This document shows, piece by piece, positions 47,126-60,500 of a stretch of DNA of 64,000 nucleotides. Made by a program: the position numbers and the translations under genes. The notes under the pieces were generated by a model. It was given only the letters and a program-made list of their open reading frames with translations. It was not told the DNA's origin and made no database searches. Source of the stretch: Nemertoderma westbladi. Taxonomy: Eukaryota > Animalia > Xenacoelomorpha. The stretch lies in contig JAUCBJ010007200.1 of assembly GCA_032718475.1 (NCBI GenBank), forward strand, positions 62,001 to 126,000, read 5' to 3'. Positions within the stretch are counted from its first letter, which is position 1, and the number at the start of each line of letters is the position of its first letter.

Positions 47126-48059
47126 TTGTGATGGGATCAGAGATCCTGACCGGGTAGGTTGTTTCGTACGCGTCACCGCAGGCTGGGGTGGTGTCACTGA
47201 TTGCTTTCCCGAGGCCATCGGAAAAGAGCGTTCAGTGTTAATGTTGTTGCTCGGCGGTCTAATATAATAGTGATAGCACAGTTAATATGATGTTAATATG
47301 ATAGTGGATGACAATATTGCAATATTACTTGGTACCGGTAATAGTAAACTGAATACAGCCAATGTTGTTGACGGTGACGGTAAAACAATATTACCCATCT
47401 GCACTGAAACTGGTAACTAACTAAACTGAATTACAAACCGGTAGCAGGAGATAATATATGATTGATATACCAATATTACTTCACTCCTACGCTACCTTGG
47501 CCTGCTACCTAGTGGATGCTCTCCTTTGCCCTTATTGACTAATAACCTACTTCTCACCCTTTCACTCTCTGGGAGTGTTTCCCCTTTGCTGCTAGCCTCT
47601 ACTAGCTGTGTCCCTTCTGTGGTGGTTTGACCTCTAACCTTCCTTTCAACTCTGAACTCTGAACTCTGAACGCTCAACTCTGAACTCACTCTAACTCCAC
47701 TCTGCTCGCTCCCCACATTTGAATTGCACCCATCTAAATTCTACGCACGTCAACACCTCCTCTCCATTCCTCCCCCATGTTCCTATACTCAACCCACATT
47801 TATTCCACTCACTCCCGACGAGCCTCACCCTCCCCTTTTGTGCCATTGCACTCAGAAAGTGTGATTCGTCTACTGTCCCGTGCTCCTATTATAGTCGGTT
47901 GGTCCCCAGTCCCACTAGCTAGTTGGAAAAGGTCACATGACTATAGTACTTACTTTGATTATATTGATTCTAATTATATTCTACTGATTATTACATAAAT
48001 GTACATACTAATTGCACTTTATTAAATTTGCACTTATGAGTTCGTATTACCTCACATGT

Positions 48060-49719
48060 GGTGCCTTCCAGGCATCCCCACATCCCCCCATCTCCAGTCT
48101 TAATTCGCTTCTCCCATCTTCAGGAACCATCTCAGTTCCTTCCCTCTATCGTCGTCCTGTCTGGGTCGCTTCCTTCCCTCTGGCTTGTCTTCTTTGAGAT
48201 TCCTCATTCTCGCCGTTACCGCCTTACTAATTCCCGTGGTCGATTCTTTGGGCGCTGGTGTAATTAGCTCCCGGTAACGCTTCGCAGGAGGCCCTTCCGA
48301 ATGCCCCTCCTGCTTCCCCCTAGTAGCGTCCCACAAGATCATCTTCATGGTTCGCGGCACATGTTCCGCCAGGAAATCTCTGAACTCTCCTCAGTTCTCC
48401 GGCACCCATCTATCCAAATACCTCTGCATATTGATGACCCCACCATACGATGCCACCGTTGCTACTTCTTGGTAAGTAAACGGAAGTCTCCTCTTAATAA
48501 TTTCCAGATGGGCCTCCTGGTTGATATTGAAGAAACCCCACCGGAACTCCTGGGCCTTCATTCTCTGTCACGTCATGACGCCGACGTCGGCCCACTCCTC
48601 GAAGATCTTGAACTTCTCCTCGTCGTCCATCCAGTCACACTGGCGCCCATAGTGCCCTCGGAAGTTACACTTAGAACACCGGTTGTGCAACCTCAGACAC
48701 GCCCCATCCTGTGACTCAACTCGCGGCAGTAGAGGCAACTCGTCCCCTTCTGGAATCGATACAAACAGCTCTTTTCCTGGTGAGTAAGCCTCCCGCAGTA
48801 GTCGCAGCCCTGTATCAACACATCCTGCCCCAAGTCGTATTTTGCCCCAAGTGGTCTCCTAGTTCTATGGGGCCATTGGGAAGCAAACTTCTGGACATTA
48901 ATGTCTCTGTCCATCTCTTGCCTCGGCATCGTCTCTCCAAACACTACCCATGGTGCTGTTCCCGGTTGTTTGCCCAACCTGATGGTGCTCCCCACGAAAT
49001 CCATCGTCGGCTCCTCGTGCACCCAGGCCCGCTTGTCGGGTTTATCCCAGAAGGCCCTCGCCCCGCTGGCCGTCACCACTCTCCCGCCAACCCAGTCCGT
49101 GTCTGAGTGGCCGATCCTCTCGATGGGTGGCATCTCCCTGAACTCGTCGTCATCCTCATCCCCCGCTGGGAGTTGATCCAAACCCGGTATCCTGGCAGAC
49201 CCACTGTGACCCTTCCCACCTTGGCTCTTGCCCGTAACTTTCCATCCTTCCACTTCCCTCAGTCTCTTCGGCCGACCCCGCCAACCCTCTTCTCGAACCC
49301 TCGTCGTCTTACACAGTCCCTTCGTCATCTAGGACCATGTATCCTCCTCTGTTTACGGACTCTACGAACCTCTTCCAGTCCTTTCTCGGTGGTTCCCTCG
49401 GATACTTCAGTATCCCGAACTTCGCCTCGTCTCCCTTTACTACGTAGTGGAAATGTTCGAGGATCGTGTTGTCTTGGGACACCGTCGCTAGACAACACGA
49501 TCCTCGAACATTCACGACGAGGTTCACGAACGAGGTCCCGACCATTCACCTCTCGTGCATCTCCCTGAAATGGTCCTGCAGCGCTCGCACCTTGTGACCC
49601 TTCGCTAATGGCTCGTAGTATCCCCTCGTCTTCTCCTCCGGATGCCTTTGGGTGATATCTACTAGTACCTCCTTTCCACCTCTTTCTGCCTTTCTCTTCC
49701 TGACAAGTCTCTCCGCCAT
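48060..49719 (-). pseudogene. Degraded Gag/ORF1-like gene with three zinc knuckles; no pol nearby
   Basis: ATG 49719 (MAERLVRKRK...). CDYCGRLTHQEKSC, CLYCRELSH.. (frameshifted) and CSKCNFRGHYGRQC at 48806-48637. The 3' end is approximate. Confidence 0.6.
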
Positions 49720-49879
49720 TTCGAACACTCCCGATCGCTCACCCACTTGGTGGTGCCTTGCCAAGGCTCAAAATAGATGATTGACGTTGTTAAGATGGTC
49801 TGTGTGGTTCGGTAATGGCCTATCTCTATCAGAACACTAGGTTTTACACTATATTTTGAGCTATGTACCCCCCAAATTG

Positions 49880-51012
49880 CTACTACTACTAGGTCGAGCG
49901 AACTCGGACAGTGGAAATGAGATCCTTCCAGGCTTCCCGATTCTCCATAGTTGTCGCAATTTCGTTTCTCCTAAGTTCAGTATCCCTTTCAAGTTGATCT
50001 ATATATGTTATGGCCGGTCGTCCACGACTATGCTTCCATGAGTTGGTTGCCAGAAAAGTAGATCTGAAATGACCTCGTCTTTACTTCACCAGCAGTGCCC
50101 ACTGAATCTTAATCTGCGTTCACGGAGGGTGGTTGATACAGGTGGTATTGTACCATAAAGCTCGGCGTTTGTCATGTGTTGTCTCCAGCTGATGTTTAGG
50201 GCTGCCCTTAGTAGTCTTGTGTAGCAACCATCAATTCGTTGTTCAAGTGATTTAGTCAGTGTCCAGGTCTCACCCCCATATAAAAATACACTTTCCACTG
50301 TGGCTCGAAAGAACTTAGTCTTCAGGTGCCTGGAGAGATCTGATTTCCAGATGGCATCCATTTTTGATAGAGCTACCCAAGCCTTTGCTTTCCTAACTCC
50401 TATGTCCTTTTTGCTACTCTCTATCCATGATCCAATGTACTGGAAGTCATTGACCTTCCTTAGTTGATTATTATCAATGGTTGTCAAGTTTCCATCAACA
50501 TTAAAGGTCATGAATTCGGTCTTTGTAGCATTTATATGCAATCCAACCTCCTTAGCAGCCCTCTCCACTTTATTTAGTAGAAGCTGTGCATCTGCTAGTG
50601 TATTAGAGAGCAGGGCGATGTCATCCGCAAAGTCGGTGTCTGTGACTGTAGTTGCCGGATATCTACTACTTCTGCGTTCTTGAAGTGTGAATCCCAGGTC
50701 TTCACCCTTAGTGGCCATCCTCATTGCATAATCCAGCACAATTACAAATAGTAATGGTGCTAATGTGTCACCTTGCAGTACACCAGCCAGGATTGAGAAA
50801 AACTCAGTTTCACCATCTGGTGAGAGTACCTGCGCTTCTGTGTCACAATATAACAATCCAATGCCAGCAACAATTACTTCTGGTATTCCATAACCTCTTA
50901 GGATTTCAAGCATTTTACCTCTATGGATGGAGTCGAATGCCTTCTTGAAGTCCACAAAAGTCATGACAGCAGGGAGATTCTTTGACTTAATTCCTTCAAT
51001 CAGTCCCCGTAG
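49880..51012 (-). mobile_element. RTE-type LINE of a second family (RT fragment, (TAG)n tail)
   Basis: ORF 50086-50964: FVDFKKAFDSI, GVLQGDTLAPLLF, DFADD, RLRFSGHCW. Tail CTACTACTACTA at 49880-49891. Confidence 0.9.
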
Positions 51013-54000
51013 TTATAGTTTAAGACTATAAGTCGTCAGATGGTGGTATTTCCTTATCTGGACAACGCAACTTACTTACTACTACTTTATTGGTTTCAAC
51101 TACCGTATTTTCATCTCAGTTTATAAGAACCAGAAATTCTAACTCCTTGTTAGGCTGGTTTGTAGATTTCTTGTAAAATTACCCTAAAAAATTGTACGTA
51201 TAACTTGTTTATTGTTTATTTAGAGATTGTAATCTCAACCGATTCGTAAGTAACTTGTAGTGATAAGTAACTTAGTTTAGTAGAATTATCAGTATTAGTG
51301 TCTAAAAAGTAGCACTCCACTGAGAGTGTTTAACTTCTGTGTAGTGACTTCTTATCCAGAAATAATAACATTTATTTCAAATATTGTCAAAACCCATTGT
51401 ACGGGTATATATATATTTATAAATCAACTCAATCAGATTTATAAAATAGTAGGCCTGTTATACATTAATTAGGTCTTAATATCAGTTGAACTACTGCTTA
51501 ATATCAGTAATAAAGTAAAAGGAAGTAACCCTAAATTTCAGAAAATCAGTTATTATTAAATAATTGACATTATGGTATTTGTGGTAAGCTTATTATATTT
51601 ATAAATTTAGGATGAACTTGTATACCGGTATTCTGTGACTGTTCCTACCTAGTCTGTAATAATACTTATATATATACTATAAGTGTATACCAGTATTTTA
51701 ATATTAAATATATATCACGGTACATTGAGTAACGGTATCGGTAACTAACTACTAGGCTGACAGTTGATACTGATTCCTCTGGGCTTGTTTTAACTGTCAT
51801 TATAGTGGTAGGCATTCAACTGTAAAATAAATTATGTCTGACACAAAGAACCGCTGTCAGATAGTCTCCTAGAAAGAACGATCTGTGACCCAGATCAAAG
51901 TATAGAACATCTTAGACCGAAGTCTAAATCCCCTCCTACTGTAAGAAAGGTCATCCCTACAGTAGTGGTATCGGACCCTAGGCTAGTAAAGCACCATAGG
52001 TCTATTATAGGCATTAGGGCGCAAGTTAAGTGAGACCAGGAGATGGCTGCTAAACAACAACAGCACCCGAACCGAGAACTTATTTCTCAGCGGCAGAATA
52101 ACTGTAGTTCCGACACTGAAGAGTTAATGCCCGAGATCGAAGCAAGGATGGCAGAAGCGGTTTATCCAGATCCACTTCTAATTCTTCCTGGGGCAGTACT
52201 CACTGGAGTATTGATAGTTGTGGAGGAACATCAAACTCATTGGATGAGAAATAAGAGATCGATCAGGGACAGTTATGCGGGATACACGATGGAAGAACTA
52301 AGGTCTATTGTAGAGACGCAATGGAACTTCCCCGGGCTCGGACTCCCGTTTAACTTATCGGAAGCTGCGTGGGAAGACTTATACCGAATGGAGATAGTAA
52401 GGGACACTCGAGATCCAGCTGTATGGAAGAGGTCAGCAGCAGGATATGTCTAGGGATTCTTCAACACCTTGGAACAATTAGAATAACATTTATTTCAACA
52501 ATGTCAAGGACCTCAAGAGCAGGGAGAGCTGCTTTATCAAGAGCGAGAACGTATCTTGCGGATCAGATTAATCCTTTCAGCCTTTGAGGAAGCCTCGAAG
52601 AGAAGCCAAGACACGTCGTTGCAAGTGGCTGTAAAGACTTGGTTCCAATGAGTGAATGTTAAGGTCCAGGGAACGAAACAATGGAAGGTTAAGCTAACTG
52701 AGTGCATAACCCATGGAGAATCAACAGATGCCACCTTTTCTCATGTGGAAGGCGAAGCGATATCCGAAAACCCTCAGAAGAAGGATGCTATTGACATCTA
52801 TCTGTCGAATTATCAATGATTTATAGGTGACAAAGAGCTAAGGAGACGGCTAGCTGGACTTCACCCCAATAGTGAGGGAGCCAAATTCGTGTTAGATTCT
52901 TCAGATGCGGAAATATTAGCTGCAGAGCAGGCTAAATTTGATGAAAGCATCCCCATCGCTATGGACCAAGAAGAACAAATAAAGAAAAGGCAAATAGAAG
53001 ACCGAAGGTTAGCAGCAGCGGCAGAAGCTGAAATAAAGGCAGCAGCGGCAACGGCAGAATCTGAAAAGAAGGCGGCAGCGGCAGAATCTGAAAGAAAAGC
53101 GGCAGCGGCAGCGGCAGTGGCAGAAGCAGAACGAAGAGCATCTGAAGCGACAACCCAACTAGAGTTGGAAAATCTTCAAGCGAAGCAAGATTACTTAAAT
53201 ATACAGAGAGCAGCTACTCAGATGCAACTGCTGAGTCGATCTACTCCCAGAAGACAGGGATTTACCTCCTCTGATGAAGGTGATACAACGGATCCCGAGG
53301 GTACAGGTAATAAATCTCATTCAAGCGGACGTAGAAGAGCGCCACACCGGCAGAAGTTACCTAACTTGCCTCCTGTGGTGAGAAGGCAACTAGCTAATGT
53401 AGAATTAAGTAATCAAGTACCTACAGACCGAATTATTAGAGTAGAAAGACTCCCTACTATAGTAGATGAGCCCGAAATAATTACGCCTGTTAGTGAAGCC
53501 ACTCCCTTGTTAGAGACCACTTTGCTTCAAGAACCTAAAAGTTCTAGAACTCAAAATTCCCTTTGCACAGTACAAAACTACCTATGCCCAGTAGACAGTT
53601 GCCTGAATCCCAAACAGTCCTGGACGCCGAGCAAGACATTATAAATAAAATGTCTCCCATCGTCCCGATGTGCCATCCAGCTACTATGTTGGCGACTCCC
53701 GCCTCCGCGGTTGAGTGGATGGATGAAGGACGGCGGGGGATGGAGCAGCTGCTCGGACAGCTGGAAGCTCATAAAAACAAATCTTCCCAGCAAGTCCGAG
53801 AATTGGAAGGGACTGTTCAACTGTTAAAGGGAACAGTAAGAGAGAGTAGGTTAGAGCTGCAAGAAGTACAACAAAGTATCGCTTTAGAGCGCGATAAATT
53901 AGTAAATATATAAATGGGTATACCACCACCCCCTGTAACAATGTGTCAGCCCGTTAGGTCTGAAGTATTTCATGTGCAAGGTGTGGAGCCTACACGCATC

Positions 54001-57000
54001 TATACTGCTAGCGAAGTAGAAACTCCTATAGTAAACCCTGTTAAGGGTATTTATAAGCCTGTTGATAATGATATCCCATACAGATCTGATCATAATCCGA
54101 GAAATTTATATACTGATAATTCGATATTAAATAATATGATGGCTCAAGAAAGTTTTACACGTCAGATGGCTAGAACGGAAGCCCGTCAAGCGGTAAAAGT
54201 AGGAGAGGTCGTCAAGTTCAATGGAGATGAGATGAAATGGTTACCTTTTAATGAATATTATAAAGATAACATACAGAACTCTGTATTATCTAACGGAGAG
54301 AAACTTCTATTCCTCATCGAGTGCTTGGAAGGACCTCCCAAGTTAATGGCGTTAAAGTTTATTGGACATCCAGACGGATTGAGACAAGTTTGGGATACAC
54401 TAAACATCTGGTATGGTAATAGGACTAACATAGCTAGGTATCTGTATGCGAAATTAGTAGCGCCCCGAAAGTTTCTTAGCAGCGGGATTATAGAGTTTTC
54501 CGATGAGATTCAGGAGATCTGTAGACAGCTAGATTGGTTAGGTAAGTCTCAGGAATACCAGAGTTCTATGGTTGTTGGAGCTGTAGCATCAACTTTGCCA
54601 AAAGGTGGAGTAGGTACTCGTTGGGACAAAAGGGTTCTCTATATGATGGACCAGCAACAAAGAGACCCTACCATGGCTGATCTCATGTCATTCTTAAACG
54701 GAGAGGTAAGATTACAGCTCCTAAAGCAGTCCAGGGAGAAGACACCGGAAAGTAAGGTAAGTGAAAAACCCGTTACTAGGAGAAAGGTAACACCAGTGTG
54801 TTATACGGACAATGGCGAAAGCCAAACTTCTTATGATGAGAACAGCGGCAAGGACACCGAAAGATCTTATTATGTCAATAAAACGAGGAAACACGTAAGT
54901 AAATCTAAGTCTCTAACCAGTGACAGGAGAGAACAGGTAACAACTCCTCCTACGTCTCCTAAGAGAATTCATGGAAGAAACCCCGAAGAAAGAGCAAGTA
55001 TGCACAACATGACGCAGGTTAAAGTAAGTAACATCAAACCTAAATGGGTATTGTGCGACGGGCCACATCTCTTGAGTGGGTGCGATGAATTCTTAAAGAA
55101 ATCCCTGAAGGATAGACATCCCTGAAGGATGTCATGTGGGATAAGCGGTTGTGTTATAATTGCCTCAGACGAGGACATCAACGACGGACCTGTTACTCAG
55201 ACGCGAGGTGTGCTAAGTGCGGCGCGAAACATCATATCTTGCTGCACACAGAATTTGACAGAACCCGTACGAGTCAGGTAAGTGAGCCCGAACTACATGT
55301 CCAATTCAGTGATGTGAATGACACTGACCACAGTTCGGAGATGGAAGGATTCTACACGGATGAATTTTCCGACGAAAATGAATCCAGTTATATGATCAAC
55401 ACAGCTGTGTATCGAGCACTTACGTACGAGACAGAAACAGATGGAGAAGATCTTCGACTGCCTATTCCAGAAAGTCAGCTCTCTGGAAAGCCAACTTCAT
55501 CTGTAGGGATCCGAGAATTCCCGGTGGTGCAACTGAGGATCCATGGGATAGGGAAGAGCTTGATAGTAAACGCCCTCCTTGACTCCGGCATTACAGGCAC
55601 CTTTATCGACAAAGACCTAGCTGAAGATATCTTTGATGGTCAACCAAAGTTCCGAACCAAATTTAACCTTTCCAGAATTATGCAGGTTTGGAAATCCGCA
55701 GTAGCCACAGATTACTACGTGGGTGCGTTGTCCACTCCCCAGGATGAACTAGGAGAAAATAGTGTAAGGTCGGTCAAGATGGTGGCGATAAAGAACTTTG
55801 CTACTAGTCAAGTGGAGCCTTACAACTGGGATGAAGATCATTTTATCCAGCAACACAACATACCTAGATTCAGGACTGATTATCCAGGGGTGCAGATTTT
55901 ACTCGGCCAAAATGCGCACGAGGCGCTTGAGACATTAGAAAAACGGCCTGCTCGACCGCAACCACTCCAGACGTATGCAGGAAGAACGAGAGTAGGTTGG
56001 TACTTCACTGGACCTTCCCATAGAACCTTACTGGAAAGACTCCCAAGTGAACGAATCCACCAGGTGAGTGAATGGGAAGAAGAAATCAGTGAAGAAGAAA
56101 TTCCAGTTGAGGAAACTCTATACTCAGACAATGACATCATAAGCAACCTCTACAACGAGGAAAATACCATCAATCTCCTCACTGAGAACCAAACTTGGTT
56201 AAACCAAGTCAACCTATGTCATCTTATCCACCAACCGAGCGAATCATTGAAGTACAATGATGAATTAAACGCAGTAGTAGACCGTTATAATAACAAATTA
56301 CGCGATGAACACACCGTACGATTCTTTACTCAAGAAGCCGTAGAGCCTAATTCCTACAACAAAGCTTTATCTGTTGAAGAAGAGAGAGCCAAGCAGATTC
56401 AGGAAACGACTACACGTTATCTGAAGGATGAAGGTCGCTATAAGATAGGTCTTCCATTCCCATGGCGAGAACCCAGCTTCGTAAATAACCGACCTTTAGC
56501 GGAAAATAGAATCGCACAACAACATCGGCGTCTGACAGCTAACGTTCAAGCCAGGGAAATGTATAAAACCCAACTGAAGAAATTTATAGATAAGGGATAC
56601 GCGGAGCGAGTTCCGGAAGAAACACCCATAACGGAGAGAACATATTATCTGACACATCATTACGTTCCCAAGCCCGGTAAACCAAATGAATTCCGGGTAG
56701 TGTTTGATGGCTCCGCCCTTTACATGGGTCAATCCCTGAATTCAGAACTGTTGTCGGGACCCAACTTACTCCAATCTTTGTTGGGAATATTACTAAGACT
56801 GCGGCAATATTCGATCGCACTCGCTTCGGACATCGAAGGCATGTTCCTACAAGTCAAGGCGCTGGATAGGGATCGAGACAGCCTACGATTTCTGTGGTGG
56901 CCTGAAGGAGACCTCAACCGAAAATCGGTGGACTACTGGATGACGATCCAGGCTTTCGGAATCATCTCGAGCCCCTCGAACGCTTGTTCGGTAGTGCATA

Positions 57001-59146
57001 CCACTGGCGAAGACAACCGATATGCCTTCTCTAAAGCGGTTATCTACAACATCAAATGGGATATATACATGGACGACAATTTAAAGTCCCTCCCATCGGT
57101 GGAAGAAGCCATTGATGTTGCCAATGGAATGGTAGAGTGCTTGCAACGCGGTGGATTTCGGCTAACCAAATTCACTAGTAACTCCCGTGAGTTTCTGGAA
57201 TCTATCCCGGTAGAAGACCGAGGTGTTAAAGATCTAGACCTCATTAAGGACGATCTTCCGGAAAACCAAGACTCTTGAATTAAAATGGGACACGGAGAGA
57301 GATATCTTATTCTTTCAGTTAAGACAACGAGATAATCCAGTTAGAACTAAACGGATTTGTTTAAGTATCCTGAGCACTTATTTCGATCCATTGGGATTTA
57401 TTAGCCCAGTCATATTAGTTGCTCGGAGCTTAGTACAACAAATGTGGCTCAAAAACCACTCGTGGGATGATCCACTCCAGGGAGAACTGCTAAATAAGTG
57501 GATGAAATGGGAAGATTCTCTACCATCCATCGAGAACTTTAAGATCTCCCGTTCATATTTTGGTCACGTTCTCCCCACGTATTCCTATCAACTCCATGTG
57601 TTTAGAGACGCCAGCGATATGGGAATAGGTATAGTAGCCTACCTGAGGGTTGAAACTCCGGATGGAATTAAGGTTTCATTGGTCGCCTCTAAGGCCCTAA
57701 TAAACAACAAACTACGAGTTCCTAGAGCGGAGTTAAAGGCGGCTCTATATGCTACAGCCATCGGCTGGAATGTAACAGAACAGATCGACTATCCACTGGA
57801 GAAAATTGTCTATTGGACTGATGCTTTACTCGTTTTGGAGTATATAACAAATGAAGTCTGTCAGTTCAGCGTCTTCATTACCAACAGAGTAGCCATTATA
57901 CTCAGTCGCTCTAATATAGATCAATGGAGACATTCCCCTGGGACGATTAATCCAGCTAACATCGCTTCCAGAGGAGCAACTCCTCAAGAATTGATAGATA
58001 CTCCAGACTGGTTGGGTGGACCCGACTTCCTGAGTAAATAAGAGGAGGAATGGCCCCCTCATCTCACCACGGCGGAAATTAGACGAGCCAAGGGAGCGGA
58101 GAAAATCAAACCTAAAACCCGGACGAGTAAATCAAAGTTAATTAAACCCGTGATAGATCTGTCTGTACTACACACCTCCGGTGACGACGCTGTGGATCTA
58201 AACTCACCCATGGATGTTACGAGAAATACAAATAAATCCGTTATAGAAATCAGGGGAAGAGACTGGAAATCTGGAACACCAGATGTCTCGCAAGGACTCT
58301 CCCCTCTCCTACAAAGAGCAATAGATCAGTATAGCTCCTGGAATCGGCTTTGCAAGACCGTTGTGTATCTGAAAAGATGTTTCCATCATCACTATTCCAT
58401 GATGAAGATCGCTAGTGATACCGCTCCAATAATATCCAAAAATGTCCATGCTATTAAAGACCTTCCCATTTATAGAGTGTCGGATAGGTTTCTGACTGAG
58501 AAGATCAGTTACCAAGAACATGAGGATACCAATAAGCAGATACTGAGACTCCTGCAATGCTACGAAGACTCCGATAAGTATTTCCTGTTGTTGAGAAATC
58601 CACAAATGTGCCTAAGGGATCGTTTCTCTAGTACAATGATAGATGGGTTAATACATGTCGGAGGGAGATTAAACAATGCTCCATTGTCCTTTGACACTAA
58701 GTTTATACCATACTCATTAGAAATCTTGAAATACAAATCAAGATGATTGTAGATGTTCACAGTAGACTTTACCATGCTGGTAGAGAACGAGTTCTTAGTG
58801 AAATTCGAACTCTCTATTATTTCCACAAGCCCCATAGAGCTCTGAACCAAGTTCTTAGGAACTGTATACCCTGTAGGAAAGCATTTAGTAGGCCTTTAAC
58901 ACAGCGAGAGGCAGAATTACCTAGGGAACGAGTAAGCTTCTATTAACCACCCTTTACTAATACTGGTGTGGATTTATTTGGCCCTATTGAAGTATATCGT
59001 GCTAGGACTATAGTCAAGCGATGGTGTGTCATCCTTGTCTGTATGACTTGTAGAGCGATCCAACTAGATATGGTGAACAATCTATCTACCAACAGCTTCA
59101 TACTGAGTTTACGCCGACAGATCGCTCGTTTTGGGACTAGCAACTA
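51012..59146 (+). mobile_element. BEL/Pao copy C: degraded, 5' LTR lost, interrupted within integrase by a Gypsy insertion
   Basis: Leader homologous to copy B from ~23980. ATG at 51834. Gag-pol split into many ORFs (52043-59146) with YMDD, PRAELKAA, GVDLFGP. Confidence 0.92.
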
Positions 59147-59255
59147 TGTAATGATGGAACGGTTCTGCCAGTCCAATCTAACCAGACTGCCGTCAAACCG
59201 GTAGCCGGCCTATATATTCAAATCAGTCTAATATACGCTACGCGTATATCACACA
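59147..59255 (-). repeat. 3' LTR of the Gypsy element (~109 bp)
   Basis: Element strand TGTGTGAT...ATCATTACA preceded by purine-rich AAGGGGTA. The outer boundary is inferred because the second LTR is incomplete. Confidence 0.7.
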
Positions 59256-59358
59256 TACCCCTTAATAGTGGGGGGTTGATTGTGTGAGTGTACATTATAT
59301 TACTATTTATAACATGTTACTAGTTAAATGTTAATAGTAAATGTCCCATTGTGTAGGG

Positions 59359-60500
59359 CTAATTGGATTGTTTACTATAGTCACTATTCGCATAGCGCGA
59401 TGGGGGCCTGACTGCCCTCCCAGACCTGGAGGTGTAGGGTGCTTCTGGCATCGAGACCGAGCCGTCTGGTGTTGGTTGGCTGTGGTCTGCGACTGGCGGG
59501 GTGGTGGTTGGGTGCCCCGCAATGTGTGCCCAAGTTGGTCGCGGCAGGGCTGGTGAGGTCGGTGTCGTGCGTACGGGTAACGGTGGCTGTGGCATCGGAG
59601 TGGGTTGTTGCGGTGGTTGGCCGCTGGGGGGCGCTGCAAAATTCCGGACCCGGAGGAGGACGCGGTTGCGCCGGACGGTACGACCGCTTTCTTGGCGCAC
59701 GAGATAATCGTGGTTGGGGAGGACCTCCACCACGGTGCCATAGCCTGTCCAACGCTTGGTCGCTGGGTCCTGAATGAGGGCTGGTTGGCCAATGGAGAGC
59801 GCGCGTAGGGGGCGTGTGTGGCAGTCGTAAGTGGCGCGAAGCTCGGCTGAGTTTTCGGCGGCGATTTCGTCGAGCTCCCGAAAAGTGCGGCGCCATTTTG
59901 GGTCGAACGATGAGAAGTGGGCGGGGAGGGCCTCGCGGATGTTCCTCCCGTACAGGAGTTCCGCTGGGGACCGGCCGCCGTAACGTGGTGTATTCCGGAA
60001 TGCGAGGACGCCCTGTGTGATGCCGTCAGAGTCGTGGTTAGCGCCCCAGATAATTTTCTTCATGGCCTTCACGGCCGCCTCCGCTCGTCCGTTTGTACGA
60101 GGTAGGTGGGGGCTGGATGGCTCCAGACGTACTCCCCAGCGCTGGAGGAACTGGCGCACCGCGTCCGACACGAGTTGCGGGCCGCCATCTGGGTGTAGGA
60201 TGGTCGGAACGGCGGTGGCGAGGAAGAGACGTCGGAGGCAGGGAATAATCGCCCCCGATGTGGTGTCCGCGCCGAGGCGAAATAGTGTGGGCCAGCCCGT
60301 GTACTCGTCCGTGCAGACGAGGTAGTTCACGGCGGTCACTACGCAGAGGTCCACGTGGATGCGCTGGAACGGTCGGGTGGCGTCTGGGTTGTGTTGCAGT
60401 GGCTCGGGGGCGTGGGATGGGAGGACTGTCTGACACGACTGGCAGCGTTCGACAGCCTGTTTCACATCATTCGCGATGGTGGGCCACCAGACTGCCCGGT
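59359..60500 (-). CDS. Gypsy integrase (continuation after a 1-nt frameshift)
   Basis: VWWPTI, CQSCQ, IHVDL, PDGGPQ, TNGRAEAAVK, SPAELLYGR. The frameshift maps to the C5 run at 60503-60507. Confidence 0.9.
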
